A stretch of 64,000 bases of DNA from Bythopirellula sp. (GTDB taxonomy: Bacteria > Planctomycetota > Planctomycetia > Pirellulales > Lacipirellulaceae): positions 3,488,001 to 3,552,000 of the forward strand of contig OZ244170.1 in assembly GCA_965216565.1 (NCBI GenBank), in the 5' to 3' direction. This document shows positions 42,501-52,412 of this stretch, piece after piece. The notes beneath the pieces were generated by a model. The model worked only from the letters and a program-made list of their open reading frames with translations, ran no database searches and had not been told where the DNA came from. Position 1 is the first letter of the stretch, and every line of letters begins with the position of its first letter. The position numbers were made by a program, and so were the translations under genes.

Positions 42501-43114
42501 ACATTAGGTCCGACCAGTGCCGACAGATCGAGATTGGCAAGAGTCCAGTTGCGCTTGGTTGCCACGTCATGACCGTGGACCGTGCCGCCGACGACTTCAA
42601 TTTCCATCGAGGGTGTGGACGAGGCATCTACAGTCGCTTGCTCCGACTCTGAAGATTGCCCGCCGGAAAACTGCGTCAGCATGTCTTCTAAATTGCTGCC
42701 TTGGGGGTGCGTGACGAGCGTTGCCGTCGGTTGATGAATAATGATCTTTCCCAGATCAGATTGATTGGTCACGAGCGCTAGCAGCGAGCGATTTAGGGAG
42801 ATGCGCTCCACTGTAGCAAGCGGAGTTCCCTCGGCATCGACAATTCTCAAGTTGCCGAGAGTTTGCGACCCCATCCATGCGAAGCTGGCATCTCCGGAGG
42901 TCACCGACCACGACGGATCGGGCATCGCCCAACCCAGCAGGGTGTCCCGCACCGGGGTTTGCGAAACGATCGTCGGCAAGGCGGCGGCAACAGCCAACAG
43001 CAAGATCGTGAGCACCATGAACCGACGAAAGAATTTTCCCTTCCGGCGGCGGGGTCGTCTGCTGGTTTCGGGTTCGTCGTATTCCTCGCGATTGCGTTTG
43101 CGCTTCCTGGCCAT
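39590..43114 (-). CDS. AsmA-like/repeating beta-groove envelope protein
   Basis: 1174 aa; basic N-terminus, one TM, beta-rich body and C-terminal GSVGFDQTL...IPITGTFDNPRL. Confidence 0.7.
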   Translation of the reverse strand: MARKRKRNREEYDEPETSRRPRRRKGKFFRRFMVLTILLLAVAAALPTIVSQTPVRDTLLGWAMPDPSWSVTSGDASFAWMGSQTLGNLRIVDAEGTPLATVERISLNRSLLALVTNQSDLGKIIIHQPTATLVTHPQGSNLEDMLTQFSGGQSSESEQATVDASSTPSMEIEVVGGTVHGHDVATKRNWTLANLDLSALVGPNVPGGVATTCTGELTVDDQPQVGRLNLRMQQSSPNETEVNLLTEDLPLEPLQPWLARVLPGAWLNGRASTDAQVTIGTDDQGQTSLSSTGRLEGSQISLQADAIAGDRIQFQTLNAPWELSLQNDEIHFQRLNIVSDWAQVNLQGTFNLADLGTLDLQHLPRSPNGLAGKVQLQTLAAMLPNTLQLRQGVWIDSGDLEFQAGTNSADEGFAWTLAATISNVVGNDGRRAIRWTEPIEAKMALADSSGGPQLKNVSLVSPFAEANLESTRERVDGSFQFDLQKLSDELAKFVDLDDWHFQGRGEGTLEFVPTKDDQFRAGAELKLTELNVAKSNNLVWAEPQLKVTLNAGGTAVDSQPRQLSSFTAELRGARDRFDAELLQPISLEAASPTLNLSVEAAGPLASWAGRLRPWVDAMPEQLEGEAQLQAKLISAPGYVQVVESSGRLTNLQLRKEAMQIVEPRVEFAGDFRWDQEAGNLASREATFQSSTVTFRSADILLKLAEGTVPTARGGMAFRADLERLSSALGLIGGRDASWARGNAVGRMKLSSDGSLVKANISTDVDQLAIVRAGGTGAAGVQPQIAWSEPKLQTVVDLNYNVNADRMAVDKISLTGQTLRVDGTAKVEKLTSDGLVQASGALQYDSEALAQLLATYLGPEVQLQGDRQVRFQVAGQLADGSGQSQDWSKMWSASAEAGWNTADIFGLEVGGGKLQGTLRDGQLQIAPLDVAVGQGRLTAKPVAYLSPGAEQIVLPRGPLISNVSISPEVSEAMLKYVAPILAGATRAQGQFSLDLENTQVPLAVPEQARVTGKLEVHQLRVTPGPMLNDLASLISQLESLTQSDRLLQSATTPSEVKLLSMTDQQIQFQVAQGRVYHRDLQFTIDDVPVRSNGSVGFDQTLAMELDVPIQRKWLGDKRAFQSLAGQVLKIPITGTFDNPRLDSSAVANLSQQLLQGAASQVIGDELNRAFDKLFK

Positions 43115-43159
43115 CTTGCTACTTCCCTGGTCAAGCTAAAGTTGAGAATCAACGACCCC

Positions 43160-43237
43160 TGAGCCGACGGCGCTAGCCGCGGGTACCCGAGATCAGGCTT
43201 TGCCCTGATGCTACCCGCGGCTAGCGCCGTCGGCTCA
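43160..43237. repeat. REP-like inverted doublet, family A
   Basis: Perfect 26-bp inverted repeat tgagccgacggcgctagccgcgggta / tacccgcggctagcgccgtcggctca; inner atcagg/cctgat stem. Confidence 0.88.
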
Positions 43238-43370
43238 TTACATTGAATTAGTCATCCCAGATTCTAAGCTCCCGCGTTCCAGGCACCTAGACCGAGTCGG
43301 ACCCTGGGGATTGCTAGCAATATTGGTTCGCTAAGTGGTACGGAGCCTGCACTGGTTCTACAATCGCACT

Positions 43371-44588
43371 ATGGTCTCCCCGCTCTCCCACTTTCCACCT
43401 CCCCTGGTAGTTCTCTCTGCACTGCTCTGCCAGGTACTCTGTTGGGGGGCATTGCCTCTGGCCGCACAGCAGATTCCACCACCAAAGCGAGTTCGGCTGG
43501 TGTTCCAGCTTCATGCACCCGATTTGCCTAGCGAAACGAAAGTCTATCTCGCCGGGAGCCTCAAAGAACTCGGCAACTGGCAACCCGACCAGGTGTTGAT
43601 GAACGCCTGCGGTAACCATCGCTGGGGGTATTGCCTCGAGGTCGAGCCGACGAAGGCCATCGAATACAAATACACTCTGGGAAGTTGGCAGCGAGAGGGA
43701 GCGGATGCCCAAGGCCAGCCGTTGTCAAACTTTGTGCTCCATGCCGATCAAAATGCGACGGCCCAAGACGAGGTTCTGTTTTGGTCCAAGCCACAACCGC
43801 CAAAGATTGTAGGCCAGATCACCGGAGAGCTGCGCTATCATCGGCAATTGGAGTTCGAAGGCCTTCAGCCGCGCGATTTGATCGTTTGGTTGCCGCCCGG
43901 CTATGAGACATCAGAGCAAAGGTATCCGGTGCTCTACATGCACGATGGTCAAAACTTATTCGATCCTCGCACGAGCGCCTTCCGCGTCGATTGGCAAGTG
44001 GACGAAACTTGTACCGAACTGATCGCCGCCGAAAAAATTCCGCCGCTGATTGTCGTGGGCATTTCCAATACCTCCGACCGAACAAAGGAATACTTGCCGA
44101 GTGAACTGGGCAAGAAGTACCAGCAAATGATCTTGGAAGAGATCAAACCGCTGGTGGACCGCGAGTATCGCACCAAATCCACACGCGAACACACTTTTGT
44201 CGGCGGTTCCTCAGCGGGCGGATTGTGCGCGATGATGCTCGCTTGGGAGCATCCCGAGGTTTTCTCCGGAGCCCTTTGCTTTTCCCCGGCACTTCGAATT
44301 GAAAACAAACATCGCAATATTTCGCTCAACTATGTGCAAACGGTCGAAGATTCGCCCCCACCGAAGCATCCCCTCTTCTTTTATTTCGACAACGGCGGCA
44401 TCGGCCTGGAAGCTACGCTCCAACCAGGTATCGAAGCAATGCTCGAAGCGCTCAGCGACAAAGGCTTCCGCAAGAACGAAGATTTCGTCTGGGTGCTTGA
44501 CAAAGACGCCCGTCATACCGAATCGGCCTGGGCGGATCGATTCCCGGCTGCGGTTCAATCTCTATTTGATCACACTCATAGACATTGA
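43371..44588 (+). CDS. Secreted CBM20-like domain plus alpha/beta esterase
   Basis: VYLAGSLKELGNW and IEYKYTLGSW (CBM20-like); YPVLYMHDGQNLF, GGSSAGG and HTESAW motifs. Confidence 0.82.
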   Translation: MVSPLSHFPPPLVVLSALLCQVLCWGALPLAAQQIPPPKRVRLVFQLHAPDLPSETKVYLAGSLKELGNWQPDQVLMNACGNHRWGYCLEVEPTKAIEYKYTLGSWQREGADAQGQPLSNFVLHADQNATAQDEVLFWSKPQPPKIVGQITGELRYHRQLEFEGLQPRDLIVWLPPGYETSEQRYPVLYMHDGQNLFDPRTSAFRVDWQVDETCTELIAAEKIPPLIVVGISNTSDRTKEYLPSELGKKYQQMILEEIKPLVDREYRTKSTREHTFVGGSSAGGLCAMMLAWEHPEVFSGALCFSPALRIENKHRNISLNYVQTVEDSPPPKHPLFFYFDNGGIGLEATLQPGIEAMLEALSDKGFRKNEDFVWVLDKDARHTESAWADRFPAAVQSLFDHTHRH

Positions 44589-44608
44589 TCACGCCCATAG
44601 ACAATAAA

Positions 44609-44726
44609 TGTCATTCCGAGGTCCGCCGAGGAATCTTCGTCGCCCTAAGGGTGCTAGATCATTTCTACAGTTCCTAGAGCGTGTGTCTGAGATTAGCTAG
44701 ATTCCTCGGCGGACCTCGGAAAGACA
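44609..44726. repeat. REP-like inverted repeat, family C (GTCATTCCGAG type)
   Basis: tgtcattccgaggtccgccgaggaatct ... agattcctcggcggacctcggaaagaca; 28-bp arms with 1 mismatch. Confidence 0.85.
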
Positions 44727-44857
44727 AATTGCTTCGTGCCCGATTTCGTAAAACGCGTTGTTAGCGCACCGCTTGTCAGTGGGGCAAAATCTGAGAAAAT
44801 GCGTTTTCGCAACTTCAACTCTACGTAGCTTTCTGCCAAGCAAAAGGAACCTCAGCC

Positions 44858-45856
44858 ATGTCGCGTCCCGTTACCCTCTTCACTGGCCAGTGGGCCGACC
44901 TCTCCTTGGACGACTTGGCACGCAAAGCCCAAGAGTTTGGCTATGACGGCTTGGAGCTCGCCTGTTGGGGAGATCATTTTGAAGTCGATCAGGCGATGGC
45001 CGACGAGGGCTACGCCAATTCACGACGTGAACTATTGGGGCGTTACGATCTGGAGTGCCATGCGATTAGCGCGCACTTGGTCGGCCAGGCGGTATGCGAT
45101 CCGATCGATTCCCGTCACCAATCGATCTTGCCCGACTACATCTGGGGCGATGGCGATCCCCAGGGCGTCAACGAGCGGGCCGCCGAGGAACTCAAGAACA
45201 CGGCCCGTGCCGCACAGCAAATGGGGGTCGAAGTAGTGAACGGCTTCACCGGCTCGGGCATTTGGCATTTGCTCTATTCCTTCCCGCCTGTGCCAGAAGA
45301 AACAATCGAACAGGGCTTCGCCGATTTTGCGGATGCATGGAATCCTATTCTCGATGTCTTTGGCGAGTGCGGAATCCGCTTCGCCTTGGAAGTGCATCCT
45401 ACCGAAATCGCCTTCGACATTTATACCGCCGAACGTGCCCTGGAGGCCCTGGGGCATCGCGATGAGTTTGGCTTCAACTTCGACCCCAGCCATCTGATTT
45501 GGCAAGGAGTCGATCCCGTGGAATTCATCCGCGCCTTCCCCGACCGCATTTATCACGTCCATGTGAAAGATGCGATTGTAACCCTCAACGGCAAGTCGGG
45601 TATCTTGGCCAGCCATCTCAATTTTGGTGATTCGCGACGTGGTTGGGATTTTCGTTCGCCGGGACGTGGTGGCGTGAATTTCGAAGAAATGATTCGCGCC
45701 CTCAATGACGTCGGTTATGCAGGCCCCTTGAGTGTCGAGTGGGAAGATGCCCGCATGGATCGCGAACATGGTGCCCGCGAGGCCTGCGAATTCACCCGTC
45801 GGCTCGATTTCACTCCGGCCAACGTGGCATTCGACGCCGCCTTCTCCGAGGGTTAG
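44858..45856 (+). CDS. Sugar phosphate isomerase/epimerase (xylose isomerase-like TIM barrel)
   Basis: [31 protein letters not shown] and SVEWED metal ligands. Confidence 0.9.
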   Translation: MSRPVTLFTGQWADLSLDDLARKAQEFGYDGLELACWGDHFEVDQAMADEGYANSRRELLGRYDLECHAISAHLVGQAVCDPIDSRHQSILPDYIWGDGDPQGVNERAAEELKNTARAAQQMGVEVVNGFTGSGIWHLLYSFPPVPEETIEQGFADFADAWNPILDVFGECGIRFALEVHPTEIAFDIYTAERALEALGHRDEFGFNFDPSHLIWQGVDPVEFIRAFPDRIYHVHVKDAIVTLNGKSGILASHLNFGDSRRGWDFRSPGRGGVNFEEMIRALNDVGYAGPLSVEWEDARMDREHGAREACEFTRRLDFTPANVAFDAAFSEG

Positions 45857-45943
45857 CGCTGTCGGCCAACGACACTCCGCCCACAACACGCCCCCGCAGC
45901 TCAACAGCACCTTAAAAGCCCCAAAAAACCGGGCCGTGCTACA

Positions 45944-47281
45944 ATGAAGTGTCCACCCCTTCATCACACCGGCCGGACCCACCCTGTGCGTTCACCACTC
46001 ATTATTGCGCTGCTTCTCTCCGTTGCATTCACTGGAAATGCAAAAGGCCAAAGCCTCAAGCACGGTGAGTTGCTGTTTGTCGCGCCAGACGTCTACTCTC
46101 CATCATCCCAGGATGAAGTGGAATTGAATTCGGCGCAGGCGGACGAACTCTTTGAACAATCCCGCCAGGCAGCCGGCGCGGGAGAGATCGGCACGGCGCT
46201 GCAATTAGCAACGCGAGCGGTCCGCGCCGATCCCAATCACTCCGATGCCCGCCGTGTGCTCGGCTATCGCCGCGTCGCCGGCACGTGGGCGGGCAGCTTC
46301 GCGGCACGCCGATTGGAACGCGGCGAAGTGTGGAACCAGCAATTCGGCTGGGTTAAAGCCGAAGACTTGCCGCGCTGGAAAGCTGGCGAGCGAAAGGTAG
46401 GCAAGCGCTGGATGAGTAGCGACGAAGACCAGCGAAAACATGCCGACATCCGCAGGGGCTGGCAAGTACGGACCGATCACTTCCTGGTCACCACCAACCA
46501 CAGTCGGCAAGCCGCCGCCAAGTTGGCCACGCAACTGGAAGTTCTCCACCAAATTTGGCAACAGATGTTCGGCGGATTTTCTCTGGACCAAAAAGTATTG
46601 CTCCGTCGATTCGAAGGACAGGCCACCAGTGGCTATCGCAGCAAACCGTTCCGCGTGACGTATTACAAATCGCGCGAAGAGTACAACGACGCCTTAGTCC
46701 GCAAGCAACCTCGTATTGGCATGACGCTGGGAATCTACTTCGATTCGGATCGCTCAACACATTTCTTTGCTGGCGAAGATCAAGATGCAGGGACGATCTA
46801 CCACGAGGCGGTGCATCAACTATTTCAAGAATCTGCCCCTGCCGCTCGCAGCGTGGGAGCGCTCGCCAACGCCTGGCTGGTGGAGGGAATCGCCTGCTAT
46901 TTCGAATCGCTGAGTAAACACGACGATCCCGAAATAGGTCCTTTCTACTCTTTGGGGACCCCAACGGCGGGACGACTACCCGCAGCTCGGCATCGTCGAC
47001 TGACTGACGATTACTATGTTCCTCTGGCCGAACTTTGCTCGCTCGGCACGTCCGACTTGCAACGCCGTTCCGACATCGCACGGCTCTATAGTCAATCAGC
47101 AGGGCTGGCGACCTTCCTCGTTCATGGCCAGGAGGGTTCGTATCGCCCAGCACTGGTGAAGCTGCTCCAGCTCATTTACCAAGGTCGCGACCAAGCCGAT
47201 TCGCTTGAGCAACTCACCGGCCAAAGCTTTGCGGAACTCGACCGGCAATACCTGGATTTTCTTCGCGAAATACCGCAGTAG
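45944..47281 (+). CDS. Secreted DUF1570-like HExxH protein with N-terminal TPR-like segment
   Basis: DPNHSDARRVLGY, TDHFLVTTN and YHEAVHQL...WLVEGIACYFE. Start may be the GTG at about 45986. Confidence 0.75.
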   Translation: MKCPPLHHTGRTHPVRSPLIIALLLSVAFTGNAKGQSLKHGELLFVAPDVYSPSSQDEVELNSAQADELFEQSRQAAGAGEIGTALQLATRAVRADPNHSDARRVLGYRRVAGTWAGSFAARRLERGEVWNQQFGWVKAEDLPRWKAGERKVGKRWMSSDEDQRKHADIRRGWQVRTDHFLVTTNHSRQAAAKLATQLEVLHQIWQQMFGGFSLDQKVLLRRFEGQATSGYRSKPFRVTYYKSREEYNDALVRKQPRIGMTLGIYFDSDRSTHFFAGEDQDAGTIYHEAVHQLFQESAPAARSVGALANAWLVEGIACYFESLSKHDDPEIGPFYSLGTPTAGRLPAARHRRLTDDYYVPLAELCSLGTSDLQRRSDIARLYSQSAGLATFLVHGQEGSYRPALVKLLQLIYQGRDQADSLEQLTGQSFAELDRQYLDFLREIPQ

Positions 47282-47339
47282 TCGAGAACTTCTCACCGTT
47301 GACCGTAGTCCCTAGTAGCAGTACGATCAGGGCTCTTCT

Positions 47340-47414
47340 GGTGGCTGTAGTTCAGTTGGTTAGAACGTCGGATTGTGATTCCGAAGGTCGTGGGTTCGAA
47401 TCCCATCAGCCACC
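47340..47414 (+). tRNA. tRNA-His (GUG)
   Basis: G-1 plus GTGGCTG/CAGCCAC acceptor stem, D-arm AGTTGGTTAGA, anticodon arm TCGGA-TTGTGAT-TCCGA, TTCGAAT T-loop and C discriminator; full CCA not encoded. Confidence 0.96.
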
Positions 47415-47622
47415 CTCTCTGATTCGCGGGAAAATCGCTCGTACCTAGCGTAAATCTATTCGGACCTGCGATCCTTGCCTTCCACATAGCAGGCTTACTC
47501 CGATTAAAAGATGATCTGTTCAGGTTTAAGGCTGCCTGACTCGTCATTTCTCGATGCCATAGTCCCGTGGGCGAATTATTATAGAATACTGGCCCTTCTT
47601 CCATTGGCACTTCGAGAACAGC

Positions 47623-48927
47623 ATGCTCCACCACCTACTGGCTGCGAAAAAATTTGCAGTGGCCCGTTTCGGGTGGTTGTTCGACGTGCCATCGAGTGTC
47701 GAGCGCTACGATTATCGAATGTATCTATCGATGATCATTGCCAACTACATCGCTCTGCTACTGCATCTCTCTTGGGTGTTTATTTTCTACGCGCTCGACT
47801 TCATGCCGTTAAGCATTATTAATGTCGTGAGCGTGATCTTTTGGATATTTAGCATCAAGATGCTCCGCGGCTGGGGCGCTATGCTCACTGCCGTAGTGCT
47901 CGGCTCTACTGAGGTGCTGATCCACCAGTTTCTGGCCGTGTACTACTTAGGTTGGGGTTATGGATTCCAGTTCTATCTACTGGTAATCGTTGCCTTCACT
48001 TTCTTAATGAATTTTAAGAAAGTGATGTACATTCCGGTGACGCTCTTTTTTGTTTGCTTAACCTCCTTTCTCGGTTTCTATTACCAAGTGCAATATTGGA
48101 ATATGCCACACGTTGACTTAGGCGACACAGTCCGCGAAACCTTCTTGATGATCAACGTCTCTAGTGCGTTCGCGATTCTCGCAATCATGTCGTATGTCTA
48201 CAGCGACGCGGCCCAAAAGGCCGAGGCGATGCTGGACCTGGAGCGGATCAAATCGGAAACGCTACTGCTCAATATTTTGCCGGTGCCCATCGCCCAGCGG
48301 CTGAAGGAAGGCCATTGCGAAATTGCCGACCACTTCGACTCGGCCACGGTGTTGTTCTCCGATATCGTCGGCTTCACGGCTCTTTCGGAGAAAGTGGCGC
48401 CGAAGGAACTCGTGAGACGTCTTAACAAAATTTTCTGCGCATTCGACGTCCTGGCAGAAAAACACAATTTGGAAAAAATCAAAACCATCGGCGATGCCTA
48501 CATGGTGGCGGGGGGATTCCCGGAAGCTCGCGACGGGCACGTGAGAGACGTCTGCGCCATGGCACTCGATATGCTGGACGCCGTGCAGGAGTGCAATCAA
48601 GACGACGAGTTACCCGTCGACATCCGCATTGGCATTCACACAGGCCCAGCGGTAGCGGGTGTGATTGGCACTAAGAAGTTCGCCTACGACGTCTGGGGCG
48701 ATACGGTCAACACAGCCAGCCGCATGGAATCGAGTGGCGAAACAGGCCGCATTCAAATCTCGGAGCAAGTGGCTACCATGCTAGACATTACCTTCGAAGG
48801 AGAATTCGAAATCGAAGAGCGCGGTACCGTAGAGGTCAAAGGCAAAGGTCGGATGAAAACCTACTGGCTCCTGAGCCGTTGCGAAGAAGCACTGCCGACC
48901 AGGGAGTGCCAGGCATCTGCGCTGTGA
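47623..48927 (+). CDS. Membrane-bound class III adenylate cyclase
   Basis: About 6 TMs; FSDIVGFT, EKIKTIGDAYM and YDVWGDTVNTASRMES (Lys/Asp pair typical of ATP specificity). Confidence 0.92.
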   Translation: MLHHLLAAKKFAVARFGWLFDVPSSVERYDYRMYLSMIIANYIALLLHLSWVFIFYALDFMPLSIINVVSVIFWIFSIKMLRGWGAMLTAVVLGSTEVLIHQFLAVYYLGWGYGFQFYLLVIVAFTFLMNFKKVMYIPVTLFFVCLTSFLGFYYQVQYWNMPHVDLGDTVRETFLMINVSSAFAILAIMSYVYSDAAQKAEAMLDLERIKSETLLLNILPVPIAQRLKEGHCEIADHFDSATVLFSDIVGFTALSEKVAPKELVRRLNKIFCAFDVLAEKHNLEKIKTIGDAYMVAGGFPEARDGHVRDVCAMALDMLDAVQECNQDDELPVDIRIGIHTGPAVAGVIGTKKFAYDVWGDTVNTASRMESSGETGRIQISEQVATMLDITFEGEFEIEERGTVEVKGKGRMKTYWLLSRCEEALPTRECQASAL

Positions 48928-48974
48928 ACTGTGCATTTTAATTGAGCGGATTTCGCTTCTCTCATTAGAATCAA

Positions 48975-49352
48975 ATGGAACTCATACTCTGGCTCATCAA
49001 TGAATTGCAGGTCACTCGCAAACAAGCCGAGGGCGCTGCCGGTGCCCTGTTGCAATTGGCCCAAACGCGGCTGCCGGGGGAGAAGTTCGTGACGGTCGCC
49101 GATACGATTCCCGCCATTTCCGATGTCATCGGCAAGTCGCCTCGGTTCGAAGTGACTGAAAAACCACGTCTGGACGAGTCGGTAAGCCGTGTCTTTGGCG
49201 GCTTAGGGGGATTACGCCCCCTGGCCGGCCCCTTCGCAAAACTTGGACTCGAGAAAACCTCGATCCGGCCGTTTGCCGAAGCACTCAATCGGTACCTGGA
49301 CGAACGAGGAAACGCCGCCGCGGTGCACCTCCTGCAGCAAGTCTGGAGGTAG
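48975..49352 (+). CDS. DUF2780-like protein
   Basis: LQVTRKQAEGAAGALLQLAQ...IPAISDVI...FAKLGL pattern. Confidence 0.68.
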   Translation: MELILWLINELQVTRKQAEGAAGALLQLAQTRLPGEKFVTVADTIPAISDVIGKSPRFEVTEKPRLDESVSRVFGGLGGLRPLAGPFAKLGLEKTSIRPFAEALNRYLDERGNAAAVHLLQQVWR

Positions 49353-49357
49353 ACTTT

Positions 49358-49615
49358 TTATAGCCCTATCAACCGGTCATATTCCGAGTGATGGCCGATC
49401 CAAATCCAAACAAGATCTACACCATCTTCAACTGCAAGTGCTCGAAAATGTAGACCAACTCGCGCCGATCTAAATCGACCCACTTTCTTGAATTGCAGCG
49501 AAGGGTGATTCAAATCTGACTTTAAAAGCGAAAAATTCTTGTCGGCCAATCGCTTAATAGAAGCAGGTAAATCAGAATAGCACTTCCAAAAATTCGATGA
49601 GGCGAAGTGCTTCAT
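49358..49615 (-). CDS. ParE/RelE-like toxin
   Basis: FWKCYSDLP...HPSLQFKKV...SARVGLHFRAL...WIGHHSEYD. Confidence 0.8.
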   Translation of the reverse strand: MKHFASSNFWKCYSDLPASIKRLADKNFSLLKSDLNHPSLQFKKVGRFRSARVGLHFRALAVEDGVDLVWIWIGHHSEYDRLIGL

Positions 49616-49809
49616 AGCTCGGTGGTCTTACCCTCACGATGCTCATGTAGTGCTTGATCAGCTAGGGCATCAAGTTTGCCATCGGCCACATCCTTCTCAA
49701 GCTGTCGGTCCCACGCATCAGCGTCAAAACCTGCAAACCAAGCGCGGAACCTCTCAAGTTCATTGGCAGAAAGCCCTGCAACAGCGTTTTCTAATTCATC
49801 GAGACTCAT
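49612..49809 (-). CDS. Putative antitoxin
   Basis: Acidic 65-aa protein (WDRQLEKDVADGKLDALA); ATGA overlap with the toxin. Confidence 0.75.
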   Translation of the reverse strand: MSLDELENAVAGLSANELERFRAWFAGFDADAWDRQLEKDVADGKLDALADQALHEHREGKTTEL

Positions 49810-49986
49810 AGTGATTTTCATCATAGAACACCTTTGGTAGACGGTCAAACTTGATTTGAATTACTAATTATATATTCCTGGTACCAGCTACCCGTTGCGA
49901 CGCCTTTCCTACTCTGAGTAGAATCGAGAAACCACAATCTCCTCCGCTCCTCTACCCAAGCCACTCCTCTACTAAAAAAACGTCGC

Positions 49987-52395
49987 ATGGCAGAGTTTGA
50001 ACATCCCGGTTCGTTTTATCTTGGTCGTAAGCACGATCTCTCTGCGGGTGAAACCGGCACCGAACCCATTCTTTACGATAGCAAAGACCTAACCACGCAT
50101 GCGGTTTGCGTTGGTATGACCGGCAGTGGCAAAACGGGACTTTGCCTGTCGCTCATCGAAGAAGCGGCGCTCGACGGCATTCCCGTGATTGCGATCGATC
50201 CCAAGGGCGATCTTGGCAATTTATTGTTGGCCTTTCCTGAACTCCAACCGAGCGACTTCGAGCCGTGGGTCGATCCCACGGTAGCCTCTCAAAAGGGGCT
50301 CACCCAGGCGGAACTTGCCGAGAAAACTGCCGAGTTGTGGAAGAACGGCCTCGCCCAATGGGGCGAAGACGGCGAGCGGATTCGTCGCTTCAATAACTCG
50401 GTTGAAAAAACAATTTACACGCCGGGAAGTTCCGCGGGCATCCCGCTGACGGTTTTGAAATCGTTTGCCGCTCCTGCGAAAGAAATCGTCGCCGATGCCG
50501 ATGCCTTTCGTGAGCGCGTGCAGTCGACCACCTCGGGACTATTGGCGCTGCTGGGCATCGATGCCGATCCGGTGCGGAGTCGCGAACATATCTTCCTCTC
50601 CAACCTGTTGGATAGCGCTTGGCGCAAGGGCCGCAGCCTCGATCTGCCCGGCTTGATCCACGAAATCCAGCAGCCGCCGTTCGACAAGGTGGGCGTCATC
50701 GATCTGGAGAAGTTTTACCCAGCCAAAGAGCGTTTTGAGCTCGGTATGCAATTAAACAATCTGCTGGCCTCCCCCTCGTTTGCCAGTTGGTTGGAAGGCG
50801 AGCCGCTGAATATCAAGAATCTGCTCTACACCGCCGAAGGTCGACCGCGGCTTTCGATCCTTTCGATTGCCCACCTCAGCGAAGCGGAGCGGATGTTCTT
50901 CGTCACCATTCTGCTCGGCGAATTGTTGAGCTGGATGCGCACCCAACCAGGCACCGGCAGTTTGCGGGCACTGCTCTACATGGACGAAGTGTTCGGCTAT
51001 TTTCCACCCGTCGCCAATCCGCCCAGCAAACGCCCCATGCTCACGCTGCTCAAACAAGCGCGGGCTTATGGCGTGGGTGTGATGCTCGCCACTCAAAACC
51101 CTGTGGACCTCGACTACAAAGGTCTCTCCAACGCCGGCACGTGGTTTTTGGGCCGACTGCAAACGGAGCGCGACAAGGCGCGCGTGCTCGAGGGATTGGA
51201 GGGAGCCTCCGCCCAGGCGGGTTCGTTATTCAACCGAGCCGAGATGGAAGCCACCCTGGCCGGCCTCGGCAGCCGCGTTTTTCTTATGAACAATGTCCAC
51301 GACAATCAACCGCAAGTGTTTCACACCCGCTGGGCCATGTCGTACTTGGGCGGTCCGCTCACCCGCGATCAAATCAAGACGTTGATGGCCGATCGAAAAG
51401 CGAGCGAATCCAACGGTCAGGAAACAGCAGATTCTACCGGGACCGTCGTGGAGCCAGAGCCGGTTGTTACCAATCATCGCCCGGTGGTCACCGCGAGCGT
51501 CACACAAAAGTATTGGCCGGTCAGCGATTCACTACCCCGCGAAGTGGAAGTGCAGTACCGCCCTGCCCTGGTCGGCTATGCCCGGATGCACTTTGTGCGC
51601 GCCTCCTACGACGTCGATCTGTGGCGCGACTGCGTAGTGCTGCAAAGTGTGCATGGCAAATTGCGCGAGCCGGTGTGGGATTCGGCCATGGTCTTCGATC
51701 AAACCACCGAACTGCGGGACGATCCGGTAGCGGGTGCCTCCTACGCCGATCTGCCCTCGCCACTTGCCAACGAGAAGAATTACAAATCGTGGGAGAAAGA
51801 GCTTATCGATCATCTCTACCGCGCGGAGCGACTCGTCTGCTGGCGCTCGAAAGATCTCGACGCCTCATCGGAGCCCGACGAATCGGAGGGCGACTTCCGC
51901 ATTCGCATGTCGCAACTCGCCCGCGAAAAGAGGGACGAGCGGAAGGAAAAGGTTCGGGCAAGATACAAGCTTCGCCTGCAACGTGCCGAAGAGGCTGTTC
52001 GTAAAGCGGAAAGCTACTACCAACAACAGCGTTCACAGTTTTGGGGGCGGGTCGTCGGTGTGCTGATGATGATCCTCCAAGTGATATTGGGTGCTTTGGG
52101 GATGGGACGCTCTCGCCAGGTTTCAACATCCTCGGCAAACCAAGCCATGCGAGAACGGGGCGAAGCATCGCGCGCTGAGCAAAAACTAAAAGACAAGCAA
52201 GCCGCTCTCGAAGAACTGAAAGAAAAGATCCAAGGCGAAATCGAGGATCTGGAATTCGATTTCGAGCCGCAGAACATCGAGCTGGAAAAACTGGAGCTGC
52301 CCCCCATCAAAGGCGACCTGCGCGTCGACCGCGTTGTGCTCGCCTGGCTCCCCTGGCAAACCGACGCCGACGGCGTCTCGCACCCGGCCTACTAA
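49987..52395 (+). CDS. HerA/FtsK-superfamily ATPase (DUF87/DUF853-like) with C-terminal coiled coil and hydrophobic segment
   Basis: Walker A GMTGSGKT, IDPKGD, Walker B LYMDE, KQARAYGV and LATQNPVD motifs. Confidence 0.85.
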   Translation: MAEFEHPGSFYLGRKHDLSAGETGTEPILYDSKDLTTHAVCVGMTGSGKTGLCLSLIEEAALDGIPVIAIDPKGDLGNLLLAFPELQPSDFEPWVDPTVASQKGLTQAELAEKTAELWKNGLAQWGEDGERIRRFNNSVEKTIYTPGSSAGIPLTVLKSFAAPAKEIVADADAFRERVQSTTSGLLALLGIDADPVRSREHIFLSNLLDSAWRKGRSLDLPGLIHEIQQPPFDKVGVIDLEKFYPAKERFELGMQLNNLLASPSFASWLEGEPLNIKNLLYTAEGRPRLSILSIAHLSEAERMFFVTILLGELLSWMRTQPGTGSLRALLYMDEVFGYFPPVANPPSKRPMLTLLKQARAYGVGVMLATQNPVDLDYKGLSNAGTWFLGRLQTERDKARVLEGLEGASAQAGSLFNRAEMEATLAGLGSRVFLMNNVHDNQPQVFHTRWAMSYLGGPLTRDQIKTLMADRKASESNGQETADSTGTVVEPEPVVTNHRPVVTASVTQKYWPVSDSLPREVEVQYRPALVGYARMHFVRASYDVDLWRDCVVLQSVHGKLREPVWDSAMVFDQTTELRDDPVAGASYADLPSPLANEKNYKSWEKELIDHLYRAERLVCWRSKDLDASSEPDESEGDFRIRMSQLAREKRDERKEKVRARYKLRLQRAEEAVRKAESYYQQQRSQFWGRVVGVLMMILQVILGALGMGRSRQVSTSSANQAMRERGEASRAEQKLKDKQAALEELKEKIQGEIEDLEFDFEPQNIELEKLELPPIKGDLRVDRVVLAWLPWQTDADGVSHPAY

Positions 52396-52412
52396 TTCGG
52401 CTGTCCCACCGT

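Noticed and set aside
45032..45982. 316-aa antisense ORF
   Set aside because: Mirror of the well-supported isomerase gene; such ORFs are common in GC-rich DNA and it has no motifs.
47293..47634. 113-aa minus-strand ORF
   Set aside because: Overlaps tRNA-His in antisense; spurious.
50787..52004. 405-aa alternate-frame ORF inside the ATPase
   Set aside because: Arg/Gly/Ala-rich off-frame translation with no recognisable domain.
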